From IMG/VR virus record IMGVR_UViG_3300005918_000026, positions 1-56,164 of that record: DNA of 56,164 nucleotides, one strand, 5' to 3'. Each line of letters begins with the position of its first letter. The stretch's first letter is position 1. Source of the stretch: a virus. Its lineage: Duplodnaviria; Caudoviricetes. A program made the translations under genes and the position numbers. This document shows, piece after piece, positions 1-10,328 of this stretch. Below the pieces are notes generated by a model. It searched no databases. It saw only the letters and a list, made by a program, of their open reading frames with translations, and was not told where the DNA came from.

Positions 1-2988
1 TATTACACTTTCATCAGCATTAATGTGGTTTATCGTGTTTAGGCTACCACCAATAATAGCGCAATCTGTAGCAGCAGCATTTATAACTTGACTATCCGTT
101 GTTATATTCCCGTGAACATCTAATTTATTTGTTGGTGTTGCTGTTCCAATACCTACATTACCACCAGCAGGATTTAAGGCTAAATCTTGAACACCACCTA
201 ATGGTGTTAAAGCCAAAATAGATGGTATAGCATAACTATCATAATCCATTCTTAATCTATCTGTTGTGCCAGCAGCACCAGCACTTTGAATAGTTCCATC
301 AACGTGTAATGATACTTCTGCACCTACTTTAATACCTAAATTACCACCAATATAATGAGTACCTGTGCCCCATGCTTCAAAATGGTCTGATTTAACTGAA
401 AATATACCAGTGTTATTACCGTGACCATTTGGTCTTAAAAATATACATTTACCGACAGCACCAGAATGAATATATATATTACCAGACGAATTACTAAACG
501 AATTACCAACAGCAGCATATTCTGTTGCTACAAAATAATCTCCTCTAACAACACCATCTACATCTAATTTATATGATGGTGTTTTTCCAATACCAACTTT
601 ACCACTCGTTCCTCCATCACCAACAACACTCATTATTGTATTACCATCAGTCTGGAACTTATGTATACCACCATTAAAAGTATCTTCTATATCATAAAAT
701 TGCGTGTAAGCTCCAGTATATTCAAAATATACATTACCACGTGTGCCAGAAGAGCCATACATTGAAATACCAGCCTTTTCTGTAGTTACTGCGCTATTCA
801 ATTTTAACCACACTTCATCAGTATCACCTATAAGTGTTAAATCTGTACCATCCCAAGTCAACCCGCTTGAACCAGTTAATGTGTTACCAGTACTACCATA
901 ACCAATATATGTTGATGTTAAACCTACACCATATATTTCTCCTTGAACTTCTAAATCACCTTCAATTAATAAATCTTTATATGTGTTTAAATCATAATAA
1001 GTTGTTAACTCACTTGAAGTTCCGATAGCATTTGAGTACTTTTCTATGCCAGCATAACTACCTTCATTTTCAGTACCAGTTCCGCTTTCATATATTGCTG
1101 CCATATCATCAGCACTTATAACAGCATTATGTATTCTTACATCATCAAATGATGTATTTGCATATCCACTTGCCGCATACCTTGTACCTATACCATCATT
1201 ATAACTACCTTCTTGATATGAAAAAGCGCCAGAATTATCTAATACATTATCTACATATAATTTTGCCGTTGTACCATCAAATGTTACAGCTATCCAATAC
1301 CAAATACCACTATTCAAAACCTTATTACCTGTTACAGATTTTGTTACGCCATCCCAACCAACAAGGTATAATTTAGAACTTACTAATTGTATATTTCTTC
1401 TACCACCAGCATTTCCTATCCAATCTTGGTTAGTAGTTGTATTTAACTTAACCCAAGTAGTATAAGTAAATGAAGCATTATCACTAAAACCCCAATTATC
1501 ACCACAATTTATATATTGAGGATATGTATTTAAGTCTAACGCTTCATTTATTTTACCAGCAACACTGTGGTCTTCTGTGTTAGCACCAACTAAAGTACCA
1601 TTATTACTACCATAATTATCTAATACTGTTGTACTAGCTAAATCATCATTCATTAAGTAATGAGATACTAAATAAGTTGAAAGATTTCCACCTTCTGTTC
1701 CTACAATACTATCCACACCGCCAACTAGATATCTACCATTAACACTTAAATCACTACCATCCCAAGTCAATTCTGTTGAACCTGTTAATAGATTAGAAGT
1801 ATTACCATATCCAATATAAGTATCGGTTAATGTTGTACCTGTTAATATATCATCAACTTGTAATGTACTATCAACCAATCTACCATTAGTAGTAGCAACA
1901 GGAATATAAGTATCAGTTAAGTTAGCACCATCATTAAGTATTACACCTTTTCTATAATTGGTAGAACCATATTGAAGTTCAATATGCCTTATACCCATGT
2001 AACTACCATTTCCCCAATCATTTTCAAATTTGAAAGCATAAAATTGATATGCTGTTGAGTTTGAAAATGTTATGTATTTCGGGTCAACTTGGTCTAAAGC
2101 AATATGTTCTTCCATTTGACCAGCTGCAATATAAACCCAAGTTCCATCATTAACATAAACTTGGTCATCATAATCTGCTTGTGTATTTGAACCCCAAATA
2201 GTAAAATCTTTTACACCAGCATTTGTAGTACCACCGAGTGAATGTGAATTTTCATAATATATTCTATTTGCTAATACAGGAGTATTATATTTAATATGAA
2301 ATCTTTGATTTATTGGAGAACCATTCGCACTATACCAAGCTCGATTAACTGGTGTACCAGTTAAGATTTGTGCTGGATTTGTTGCTCTATACGACCAATA
2401 CTGTGTACTAAATTTTGTTGTTGCAATAGTATATAAACTTGAAAATGTTGGTGGATAAAATGGTGTATAAACTGCCGCACTTGGTGTAGTAATACCAACA
2501 TAATAATCATCACTCATAAATTCAACAACACCAGTTTCACTATCAGTATTCAAATCTCCACTATTAAATTGTAATGGTGCTTCATCAGTTGTTCCAGCTG
2601 GAAGTATTAATCTACCAGTCATTGTATCACCAGTTATATGGACAAAATTGCCGTGGACAAAAGGAGATGCTGCAAAAATGTTTTCAATGTTAGTATTTCC
2701 AGAATATATTGTCCCCCCAGAGAGACTTGCGGCATATAATGTATTAAACGTAGAATTCCCTGTTACCACAAAATCCCCATTAACGGTTCCACCTGTCAGA
2801 CCTAAGAATGAATTAGAACCAATTTCAAATACATTAGTACCATCAAAAGAATATAATTTTCTATCTGAGGTATTTAGAGCAAGTTCACCCTGTATGATAT
2901 AGTTTAATTCTGTACCAGTAGTTCCCGTAGGTGCCTTATTAGGCACAGCAGTCCTCTTTGGCAAAAGTCTTACATTTCTTGTAGCCAT
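1..2988 (-). CDS. Large modular tail fibre / receptor-binding protein (partial, runs off window start): fibre N-terminal motif, F5/8-like domain, LamG domain, GNVGIGT repeats
   Basis: ATG at 2988 (MATRNVRLLPKRTAVPNKAPTG...QGELALNTSDRKLY). Frame read by eye in several segments without stops. It is absent from the ORF track, consistent with having no stop inside the window. It shares the TGDTMTG and RIYYEN...GVKDFTIWGSNT modules with 5999..9853. Confidence 0.85.
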   Translation of the reverse strand, partial: MATRNVRLLPKRTAVPNKAPTGTTGTELNYIIQGELALNTSDRKLYSFDGTNVFEIGSNSFLGLTGGTVNGDFVVTGNSTFNTLYAASLSGGTIYSGNTNIENIFAASPFVHGNFVHITGDTMTGRLILPAGTTDEAPLQFNSGDLNTDSETGVVEFMSDDYYVGITTPSAAVYTPFYPPTFSSLYTIATTKFSTQYWSYRATNPAQILTGTPVNRAWYSANGSPINQRFHIKYNTPVLANRIYYENSHSLGGTTNAGVKDFTIWGSNTQADYDDQVYVNDGTWVYIAAGQMEEHIALDQVDPKYITFSNSTAYQFYAFKFENDWGNGSYMGIRHIELQYGSTNYRKGVILNDGANLTDTYIPVATTNGRLVDSTLQVDDILTGTTLTDTYIGYGNTSNLLTGSTELTWDGSDLSVNGRYLVGGVDSIVGTEGGNLSTYLVSHYLMNDDLASTTVLDNYGSNNGTLVGANTEDHSVAGKINEALDLNTYPQYINCGDNWGFSDNASFTYTTWVKLNTTTNQDWIGNAGGRRNIQLVSSKLYLVGWDGVTKSVTGNKVLNSGIWYWIAVTFDGTTAKLYVDNVLDNSGAFSYQEGSYNDGIGTRYAASGYANTSFDDVRIHNAVISADDMAAIYESGTGTENEGSYAGIEKYSNAIGTSSELTTYYDLNTYKDLLIEGDLEVQGEIYGVGLTSTYIGYGSTGNTLTGSSGLTWDGTDLTLIGDTDEVWLKLNSAVTTEKAGISMYGSSGTRGNVYFEYTGAYTQFYDIEDTFNGGIHKFQTDGNTIMSVVGDGGTSGKVGIGKTPSYKLDVDGVVRGDYFVATEYAAVGNSFSNSSGNIYIHSGAVGKCIFLRPNGHGNNTGIFSVKSDHFEAWGTGTHYIGGNLGIKVGAEVSLHVDGTIQSAGAAGTTDRLRMDYDSYAIPSILALTPLGGVQDLALNPAGGNVGIGTATPTNKLDVHGNITTDSQVINAAATDCAIIGGSLNTINHINADESVI

Positions 2989-2993
2989 ATTTC

Positions 2994-3057
2994 GAAATTA
3001 TCTAATTTCTATTTCAACAGCCTATAGAGGCCTAAATTTCAAAAACTATATAGTTTT
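2994..3057 (-). promoter_or_regulatory. Three tandem small hairpins (T-NNAT-A loops) in the 5' leader of the fibre gene
   Basis: Minus strand: AAAACT-ATAT-AGTTTT (3042-3057), GGCCT-CTAT-AGGCT (3019-3032), GAAATT-AGAT-AATTTC (2994-3009). Confidence 0.5.
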
Positions 3058-3058
3058 C

Positions 3059-3121
3059 TATAAATAGCTTAAAAATTTATACTGAAAAAGATTTAATAAT
3101 TTTTTTTCTCCCCTATTTATA
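3059..3121. promoter_or_regulatory. Divergent pair of putative late promoter motifs (TATTTATA on each coding strand)
   Basis: TATAAATA on + at 3059-3066 (TATTTATA for the minus-strand gene) and TATTTATA at 3114-3121 upstream of the tail tube gene; the same motif precedes about 20 genes in the window. Confidence 0.65.
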
Positions 3122-3143
3122 ATAAAATTAAAACTATATTGAT

Positions 3144-3632
3144 ATGGCAGATATGTTTAGACCAGTTCCTGTAGAACAGGAACCCAAACGAAAAAACAGG
3201 TTCACACTTGAATTCCCAACAGAATTGGGTATCGATTCTTATTTGGTGCAAACATCTGGTAAGCCGAAAATTGAGATTAACAATGTAGAAATCCAATACA
3301 TGAACACAAGCACATTTGTTGCAGGTCGTTATAAGTGGGGTACGCTTGATATTGAATTTATCGACGTAATAGGCCCTTCTACGACTCAAAAGGTTATGGA
3401 ATGGGTTAGACTACATGCTGAATCTGCAACTGGACGCATGGGTTATGCTATTGGATACAAGAAAAATCTTGTACTAAAAGCTCTTGACCCTGTTGGAATA
3501 GAAGTAGAGAAGTGGACGATGGTTGGTTGTTTCATCACGAATGCTGAATTCGATGACTATGACTATGGTGCAGACGACTTAAGTAAAGTTAAAATCACTA
3601 TCCAGCCAGACAGATGCTTGTTAGCAGCGTAA
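3144..3632 (+). CDS. gp19: Tail tube protein (T4 gp19-like)
   Basis: 162 aa with EPKRKNRF, AGRYKW, MEWVRLHAESATGRMGYA, YKKNL, EKWTM.GCF motifs typical of T4-like tail tubes. Confidence 0.9.
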   Translation: MADMFRPVPVEQEPKRKNRFTLEFPTELGIDSYLVQTSGKPKIEINNVEIQYMNTSTFVAGRYKWGTLDIEFIDVIGPSTTQKVMEWVRLHAESATGRMGYAIGYKKNLVLKALDPVGIEVEKWTMVGCFITNAEFDDYDYGADDLSKVKITIQPDRCLLAA

Positions 3633-3641
3633 GCTTAACAG

Positions 3642-3950
3642 TTATAAACCAACATAGACAGTCATATTGGCTTCGCTGTCTGGTACCACAATATATACAT
3701 TAGACATATACAAAAGGTCTGTAACTTCATTTTTTACATATAATTGATAATCTCCGTAAGTGGAGGCTGACCAAGAAAATGCAAATGCGGCTCTTTCCGC
3801 ATTTGTTAACGTTTCGCTTATTGTTAATCCTGTATATAGAGAGCCATCTTTAAACATTTGAGCATCGAAAGTTGCAGCCGATACTGGGTTGTTTAAATAA
3901 TCAAAAGATAAAACATTTTCATATATTGTGCGTCCTGTTGTTATTTTCAT
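3642..3950 (-). CDS. Hypothetical virion structural protein (Ig-like)
   Basis: 102-aa beta-rich ORF with a TATTTATA motif at 3961-3968. Confidence 0.6.
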   Translation of the reverse strand: MKITTGRTIYENVLSFDYLNNPVSAATFDAQMFKDGSLYTGLTISETLTNAERAAFAFSWSASTYGDYQLYVKNEVTDLLYMSNVYIVVPDSEANMTVYVGL

Positions 3951-3973
3951 GACTTTTTGTTATAAATAGTTAT

Positions 3974-4612
3974 TTATATAAATTTATTTTTCATTGCATT
4001 GAAATTTTGTGTAACTTCTGGCTGCAATAATTCTTTATTATAGATTTTTATGTTCGCTAAATTACCATGTAGACGATAAAAAGTTACACTACTATACCTC
4101 CCCAAATAAAAAGCCGAATTCCAACTATTAGTTCCAATATATTGACTATCATACACACCATTAATATATGTTTTTGATAGTAACCCAGCCGAATTATACG
4201 TATATGTATAATATGTCCATATATTATCTGGTATAACACCAGTTGTAAAATAATTACCAGCAAATTGTTGTAACACATAACCACTAGTTGAAATTAGAAT
4301 CCTACGCAAACCAGAATAACCCATAAATGCTCTATAATTACCCGTATTAATTAAATACATCCAACCACATATTGAAAAATCTGTCGATGTTAAATTTAAA
4401 CTAGGTACAATACCATAATCATCATCAAAAGGACCTCTAAAATATAAACTCCCACCATTGGACGAATCAAATGCTGGACTATTAATTAGTGTAGCGTAAT
4501 TACTATCAACTAAATTAGTCCATGTATCACCACTTTTCGGATAAGATTTTTTGTTAGCTGCATCTAAATACAACACCAAATCATCTGTTACTATTTTTGG
4601 GCCTATTTTCAT
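3974..4612 (-). CDS. LamG / concanavalin A-like lectin domain protein (paralogue 3)
   Basis: VTDDLVLYLDAANKKSYP N-terminus, YINGV, KIYNKEL..EVTQNFNA C-terminus. Confidence 0.8.
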   Translation of the reverse strand: MKIGPKIVTDDLVLYLDAANKKSYPKSGDTWTNLVDSNYATLINSPAFDSSNGGSLYFRGPFDDDYGIVPSLNLTSTDFSICGWMYLINTGNYRAFMGYSGLRRILISTSGYVLQQFAGNYFTTGVIPDNIWTYYTYTYNSAGLLSKTYINGVYDSQYIGTNSWNSAFYLGRYSSVTFYRLHGNLANIKIYNKELLQPEVTQNFNAMKNKFI

Positions 4613-5301
4613 AATCCAAACCTTCCTCTAACAGCATTAAAATTTTGTGTTACTTCTGGTTGTAATAATTCTTTTTGGTGAACCATTATGTATGCTATTT
4701 TACATTCTAATTCAACAGTACTTCTACTAGCTATACTAAAATCTTGCCTAGTTCCTTGCGTATCTAAATTGCCCTGTGTAAAACCTGTAACAGAATCTAC
4801 AAATGAACCATTCCTATAAATTGATATAGAATTAGTACCATTAAAAGTTCCCACATCCATATACCAAATATTTGCTGTTGGAAAATCCCACGACAAACCC
4901 AATCTATTACCCGCATCTATATCGCTAGATACTGTGAAACCCCAATTAGCAGAACCACTTTGACCCAGAGATATGCCATTGTACGGACTTGTTGTTTTTC
5001 TTTCAAAAATACCGCCTCTTAAAGTTGAATTGCCTGGGAGTTGATATATAATTGTAACACTAAAAGGTCCTGTAGGTGGAATAACATGAGTCGGAACTTC
5101 TGCTTTATCATCTACACCGCTAAAATAAAAATAACCACCATCGCCAGTATTAAAAACTGGACTATCTATTAAATTTGCATCATTCCTATTTCCGCTCAAA
5201 TCTTTCCAAACATCACCTGTTCTTGGATATGACTTTTTATTTGCAGCATCCAAATATAATGTTAATTCATCTCTTATAATATATGGTCCTCTTACTATCA
5301 T
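4609..5301 (-). CDS. LamG / concanavalin A-like lectin domain protein (paralogue 2)
   Basis: LYLDAANKKSYP, WKDLSGN, IYRNG, EVTQNFNA.RGRFGL; 4-nt overlaps with neighbours. Confidence 0.8.
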   Translation of the reverse strand: MIVRGPYIIRDELTLYLDAANKKSYPRTGDVWKDLSGNRNDANLIDSPVFNTGDGGYFYFSGVDDKAEVPTHVIPPTGPFSVTIIYQLPGNSTLRGGIFERKTTSPYNGISLGQSGSANWGFTVSSDIDAGNRLGLSWDFPTANIWYMDVGTFNGTNSISIYRNGSFVDSVTGFTQGNLDTQGTRQDFSIASRSTVELECKIAYIMVHQKELLQPEVTQNFNAVRGRFGL

Positions 5302-5999
5302 AATCCAAATCTCCTTCTTAAAACATTAAAATTTTGTATAACTTCTGGTTGTGATAAACTTCTGTTATACATTTGTGTTATGGCATTTTTACCATAAAAT
5401 TGATACAAGTTTCTATTTATATCCCTACCTATTCCTGTTAACAATGTAGTTGAATTGATTGCGCCAGATGGGATAGAACCCATTTGATTACATGATACAA
5501 TATTGCCATTTTTATAAAGTGCTAAAACACCTGTATTTTCATCATATGTTGCAACAATATAATACCAATTGCCGACTGCAACTTCACTAGAGATTGACCG
5601 TAAATTAGTGAATGATGCTGCGGCTGTTTTTACATAAAAATCTAATTGTCCACTATTAGCATGATTTGTTAAGTAATATGAATAAGCAGACGCACTCCAA
5701 CGAGCCATAATTGTATTATATCCTAATAAAGAATCCCAATTAACCCAAACACAAATTGACATTGATGTTGGGTTTAACGATGTATTGTTTCCGAATGACA
5801 CATAATCTCCATCTTGTGAAAATTGCATAACACCACTATTTATAGCCTCAAAGTCAATATTTACCATCGCCCCATCGTTTCTATGCCCACTCATGTCAGT
5901 CCACACCGCTCCGCTACCTGGATAAGACTTTTTATTTGCCGAGTCTATATATAACACCAGACCATCTGTTACCATTCTATACCTTGAAAATACTGCCAT
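5298..5999 (-). CDS. LamG / concanavalin A-like lectin domain protein (paralogue 1)
   Basis: VTDGLVLYIDSANKKSYPGSG, WYYIVATYD, LYKNG, MYNRSLS..EVIQNFN. Confidence 0.8.
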   Translation of the reverse strand: MAVFSRYRMVTDGLVLYIDSANKKSYPGSGAVWTDMSGHRNDGAMVNIDFEAINSGVMQFSQDGDYVSFGNNTSLNPTSMSICVWVNWDSLLGYNTIMARWSASAYSYYLTNHANSGQLDFYVKTAAASFTNLRSISSEVAVGNWYYIVATYDENTGVLALYKNGNIVSCNQMGSIPSGAINSTTLLTGIGRDINRNLYQFYGKNAITQMYNRSLSQPEVIQNFNVLRRRFGL

Positions 6000-8900
6000 T
6001 ATAATAACCTCGCTCCTAGTTTAAAATCCCAAGTACCACTTACGATATCTGTTAATAATCTCACATTACCACCAGAGATATCCATACTAAATGTTACTCC
6101 AGTTGTTGAACCACCTAAATCAGATGTGCTTGATTCGGTATATTCTACATTTGTACCATCCCAAACTGACATAATAGTACCAGCCCTAAGCGTTGTTCCA
6201 CTCTGAACAAAGTAATCAAAATATCCAGCTGTTGCTGTGGTTGAACTAAATGAATATAATAAAATTCCTGTATCTGCTGTTAAACTATATGATTCTGATG
6301 AATTCAATATTGAATAACCGTCAGAATGAACACCAAATATTGGTAAACCAGAAATATCATTTATTGATAATAATTCACCATCTAAATCATCAGTTACACT
6401 AAATAATTGTCCATTAGTCCCATATAAATTTAATACAGATGAACCAGAGGTGTTTGTTGTTATATCTAAAGATTTTTCTATTGATGCGCCTCCTGTTACT
6501 GTTAGGCCACTATAAATATAAGTTTCAGCCGATGTTGCCCTAAGAGCTTCAACTCCGTTTGCTATTAGAGAAACTTCTAAAGGATTTCCCCCAATGCCAG
6601 TATTCATAAACGACCTATCTGGAATTATATTTGGATTTACAAAAGATGACTGTTCATTTAATATAGCCCAATAAGATGCAGATGCATATTGAAAAGCTGT
6701 GTCTAAAAAAGAAAATTGTTTATCATTTCCCGTACCAACATTAAATTGACTAGCAGACACATCTGAAATAAAAGTACCACCTGTAAAAGTAATTAAAGTT
6801 CCAAGACTAAGATTACCAGTCATTGTATCACCAGTGATATTTACATATCTAGCATCTCCTATTGTTTCTGTTATAATATCAGCAACCTGTAACGAACTAT
6901 CAATTAATCTACCATTAGTTGTTGCAACGGGAATATAACTATCAGTTAGGTTTGAACCATCAGATAATATAATTCCTTTTCTAGGATTACCACCCAAAGC
7001 GCCAGTTTGTAACTCAATGTGTCGTATTGACATATAAATTTCCGATGCATCCGCCCAATTATCAGCAATTTTAAACGCATAATATTGATATGCAGTAGTA
7101 TTGGTAACATATACAAATTTAGGGTCAGCTATATCTGAACCTGAGTGTTTTTCAAATTGATTAACATCACAAGTCAATTCAACCCAAGTGCCATCATTAG
7201 CATAAGTTAAATCAGTGAAATCGCCAGCAGTATTAGAACCCCACAGAGTAAAATTCTTAACACCTGTATCAGTGAACCCACCAGATGAATGTCCATTCTC
7301 ATAATAAATCCTTGTAATTGCCTTACTAGAGCCTAAATCAATGTGCAATCTTTGGTTTGTGTTTGTTCCATTAACACTAATCCAACTAATATATTTCCAA
7401 TTTCCCGTTAATGGTAACGTTGGGTCAGTTGCAAACCAAGGTGAATATGTTGTACTAAACGTAGTTGTTGCCTTTACATAACTAGTAGTTTGTGTTGGTG
7501 GATACTCTCCATTATAATCAGCAACCCTAATTGTACCATAATAATCGTCATCAACAAATTCAATTGCTCCTTGCTCTTTGGTTGTTAATAAAACGCCAGA
7601 TACAAATTTCAGTGGTGCAACTGTAGTTGAACCAGAAGTTAAGGTAAGATTACCAGTCATTGTATCACCAGTGATATTTACATACCTAGCATCAAGTTCT
7701 TCGCCTCTATAATCAAACGATGTTGCACTTAACGCTGTGGTTGTATCAAATCTATATAAACTATCATTCCAATAAGCAAAACCATTCACTATTGGCGAAT
7801 TCTCTCTTGTTGCCACAGCCTGTGTATCACCCGATACACCAACTCTAAAATCATCGGTGGATTCATTAAATAAAAATAAATAATTTTGCCATCCACCTCT
7901 ATCTATTTCAATGCCCGCTGTACCTTTAGTAACGCCAGAAATATCAGTTCTACCAGAAAGATAATTAAGTGTTAATAAATTATCAGATATTAATACATTT
8001 TCGGTTGTTGCACTGATAACAGGACCACTAACTATTAAACTGCCAGAAATTCTTGCATCACCGTCAATTTCTAAATTTCCCGTCATTGTGTCACCAGTAA
8101 CATTTACATATCTAGCGTCACCAATAGTTGGTGTTATTATATCAGCAACCTGTAACGAACTATCAATTAATCTACCGTTAGTAGTTGCTACTGGTATGTA
8201 ATCTTCTGTTAAATTAGTTCCGTCATTTAATATAATACCTTTTCTTGGACTAGAGCCACCTGATTGCAACCCTACTCTTCTTAAACCTATGGCCATACCG
8301 CTCCCATAGTTAGCTGCACATTTAAACGCATAATATTTATATGCAACTGTATTAGTAACATAAATATATTTAGGGTCAGCTTGATTCGCGTCAACATGTC
8401 GCGTCATTACAGAAACATCGGTAGTTAATTGAACCCATGTACCGTCATTATTATAAACTAAATCATCAAAGTCTGACTGAGTATTAGAGCCCCATAATGT
8501 AAAATTTTGCACACCAGCATCAGTTAAAGAACCATCCTGGTGTAAATTTTCATAATAAACTTTTGTTATTACCTGAGCAATATGTAAATTAATATGTAAA
8601 CGTTGATTTGCTGTTGCGCCTACAGAAACCCACGCATTCCAATTTGCAGCGCCTATTAAACTTGTACTTGGATTGGCAACATATGGTGCTTCATATTGAA
8701 CCGTCTCACTTGTTGCTTTTATGTATGTAGAAGTATACGCTGGTGGATTTTGACTTACGTAAGGGTCTAAACCAATATTTGCATAATAATCATCGGTTAA
8801 ATATTCTATAGCGCCAGAAATTTCCGTGGTTAATAATGGACCACTTTGAAATTGTAATGGAGCAGTTATTGTTGTTCCAGGTGTTAATATAAGACTACCC

Positions 8901-9853
8901 GTCATTGTGTCACCGCTTACATTAACATAAACATCATTTACATCAACAAACATCAAACTATCACCAGATAATTTTAAAAAATCACCCGTAGAACCCGCTG
9001 TTGTAGGAAATGTATAAGCATTATTAAATTTAATTTGACCATCTATAACAGCAAACCTTGTTGGTGTACTTGTTTCACCATTTGCAGCCGTTTTTAATTC
9101 GAAAGTTACACCATGACCAGTAGATGACCAATTTTCACTAGCTTTAACTTTAATATTAACACCTAAGGAATCAAAGTTGGCACTAGGGTTACCATCTGAA
9201 CCTCTAAATTGAATGGTACCTATACCATTATTAATTAATAGCCCACTATTACCACTTAGTCTTTTTGTAAACCTAAATTGTGGTGTACTAGTATTATATG
9301 TTAACAAAGAAGCATATGGTACACTAGAACCAGAATAAGTTGTAGTGCAAAATGCTGCGTTGGCACCAAAATCTAAACCATCATAATTTATACTGTATGG
9401 TCCAGCTGGAAATACCGTAGAACCTGATGAACCGTTGCTCATAATTAAATCACCCGTCATTGTATCACCAGTAACATTAACATATCTAGCATTATTTTGA
9501 GCTATTGTTTGGTGAATATCAGTATTTCCAGTATGCGTATTAAATATAGAATCTAGTGTAAAAGCTGATAAATTAACAAAGTAAGCTGATAAACCATCTG
9601 TTCTATCAAAATATAATATTGATGAATTTAATGTAGCAGCCGTTGTATAAAAATTATCACTAGAAATACCGCTTAAGTTTGAACCATCTCCATAAAATGT
9701 TGTTGCTGATATTACTGTTCCATATATTGTCTCTGCACTTAATACTGTTGTGTAAATTGTGTTTGCAGTAACCCCAGCAAGAAAATCAGTTTCACCATAA
9801 ACAGTTCCACCTGAAAATGTATCGCTTGGTATTGGCTTAATATAAGTTCCCAT
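5999..9853 (-). CDS. Large modular tail fibre protein with two F5/8 (discoidin)-like domains
   Basis: 1284 aa, G/S/T-rich; five YVN.[TS]GDTMTG repeats; duplicated NQRLHI...YYEN...GV.NFTLWGSNT...DPK...YYAFK module. Confidence 0.8.
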   Translation of the reverse strand: MGTYIKPIPSDTFSGGTVYGETDFLAGVTANTIYTTVLSAETIYGTVISATTFYGDGSNLSGISSDNFYTTAATLNSSILYFDRTDGLSAYFVNLSAFTLDSIFNTHTGNTDIHQTIAQNNARYVNVTGDTMTGDLIMSNGSSGSTVFPAGPYSINYDGLDFGANAAFCTTTYSGSSVPYASLLTYNTSTPQFRFTKRLSGNSGLLINNGIGTIQFRGSDGNPSANFDSLGVNIKVKASENWSSTGHGVTFELKTAANGETSTPTRFAVIDGQIKFNNAYTFPTTAGSTGDFLKLSGDSLMFVDVNDVYVNVSGDTMTGSLILTPGTTITAPLQFQSGPLLTTEISGAIEYLTDDYYANIGLDPYVSQNPPAYTSTYIKATSETVQYEAPYVANPSTSLIGAANWNAWVSVGATANQRLHINLHIAQVITKVYYENLHQDGSLTDAGVQNFTLWGSNTQSDFDDLVYNNDGTWVQLTTDVSVMTRHVDANQADPKYIYVTNTVAYKYYAFKCAANYGSGMAIGLRRVGLQSGGSSPRKGIILNDGTNLTEDYIPVATTNGRLIDSSLQVADIITPTIGDARYVNVTGDTMTGNLEIDGDARISGSLIVSGPVISATTENVLISDNLLTLNYLSGRTDISGVTKGTAGIEIDRGGWQNYLFLFNESTDDFRVGVSGDTQAVATRENSPIVNGFAYWNDSLYRFDTTTALSATSFDYRGEELDARYVNITGDTMTGNLTLTSGSTTVAPLKFVSGVLLTTKEQGAIEFVDDDYYGTIRVADYNGEYPPTQTTSYVKATTTFSTTYSPWFATDPTLPLTGNWKYISWISVNGTNTNQRLHIDLGSSKAITRIYYENGHSSGGFTDTGVKNFTLWGSNTAGDFTDLTYANDGTWVELTCDVNQFEKHSGSDIADPKFVYVTNTTAYQYYAFKIADNWADASEIYMSIRHIELQTGALGGNPRKGIILSDGSNLTDSYIPVATTNGRLIDSSLQVADIITETIGDARYVNITGDTMTGNLSLGTLITFTGGTFISDVSASQFNVGTGNDKQFSFLDTAFQYASASYWAILNEQSSFVNPNIIPDRSFMNTGIGGNPLEVSLIANGVEALRATSAETYIYSGLTVTGGASIEKSLDITTNTSGSSVLNLYGTNGQLFSVTDDLDGELLSINDISGLPIFGVHSDGYSILNSSESYSLTADTGILLYSFSSTTATAGYFDYFVQSGTTLRAGTIMSVWDGTNVEYTESSTSDLGGSTTGVTFSMDISGGNVRLLTDIVSGTWDFKLGARLL

Positions 9854-9937
9854 GTAATTGTTTTTTTATAAATAGTTTAAAATTTATTGGTCATGTAATC
9901 ATTTTTTAAACTATTTATAAAAGAATAAAAGTATTTT

Positions 9938-10327
9938 ATGGGCGCTACAATTAGACTATATAGGAGATTTTACCAAATAAGCTCTACAGGCAGTGAAGAC
10001 ACCTATAGTTTATTCACTCCAAGTGAAATAGTAAGTACAAATGTTTACCTTAAAAATACTAGCACATTAATTGAAAACGTATCTGTACAAACAGAGGAAT
10101 CCACAGGGGTTTATTATGTTGATTTAAATGCAGCATTGTACTCTTTTGACAATACATATGATTTAAAATGGACTGTTAAATACGTTACAGGGGGAGAAAA
10201 CAAAGTATTAACTACTTCATTTAAATTACACCCAATTAATATAGCAAACAGTATCGATATTGAAATAGTAACTGAGAAATTTGAAATTGAACTGGAACCA
10301 AATGAATTTGAAGTAATAATTATATAA
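9938..10327 (+). CDS. Hypothetical virion structural protein
   Basis: 129-aa beta-rich ORF with TATTTATA at 9912-9919. Confidence 0.65.
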   Translation: MGATIRLYRRFYQISSTGSEDTYSLFTPSEIVSTNVYLKNTSTLIENVSVQTEESTGVYYVDLNAALYSFDNTYDLKWTVKYVTGGENKVLTTSFKLHPINIANSIDIEIVTEKFEIELEPNEFEVIII

Positions 10328-10328
10328 T

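Noticed and set aside
834-2902. Short + strand ORFs (834, 1149, 2648) and similar antisense ORFs throughout the track
   Set aside because: They lie antisense or out of frame within longer, motif-supported genes.
3974-5999. Diversity-generating retroelement template/variable repeats in the LamG 3' ends
   Set aside because: Differences are not adenine-specific, both copies are coding, and there is no reverse transcriptase in the window.
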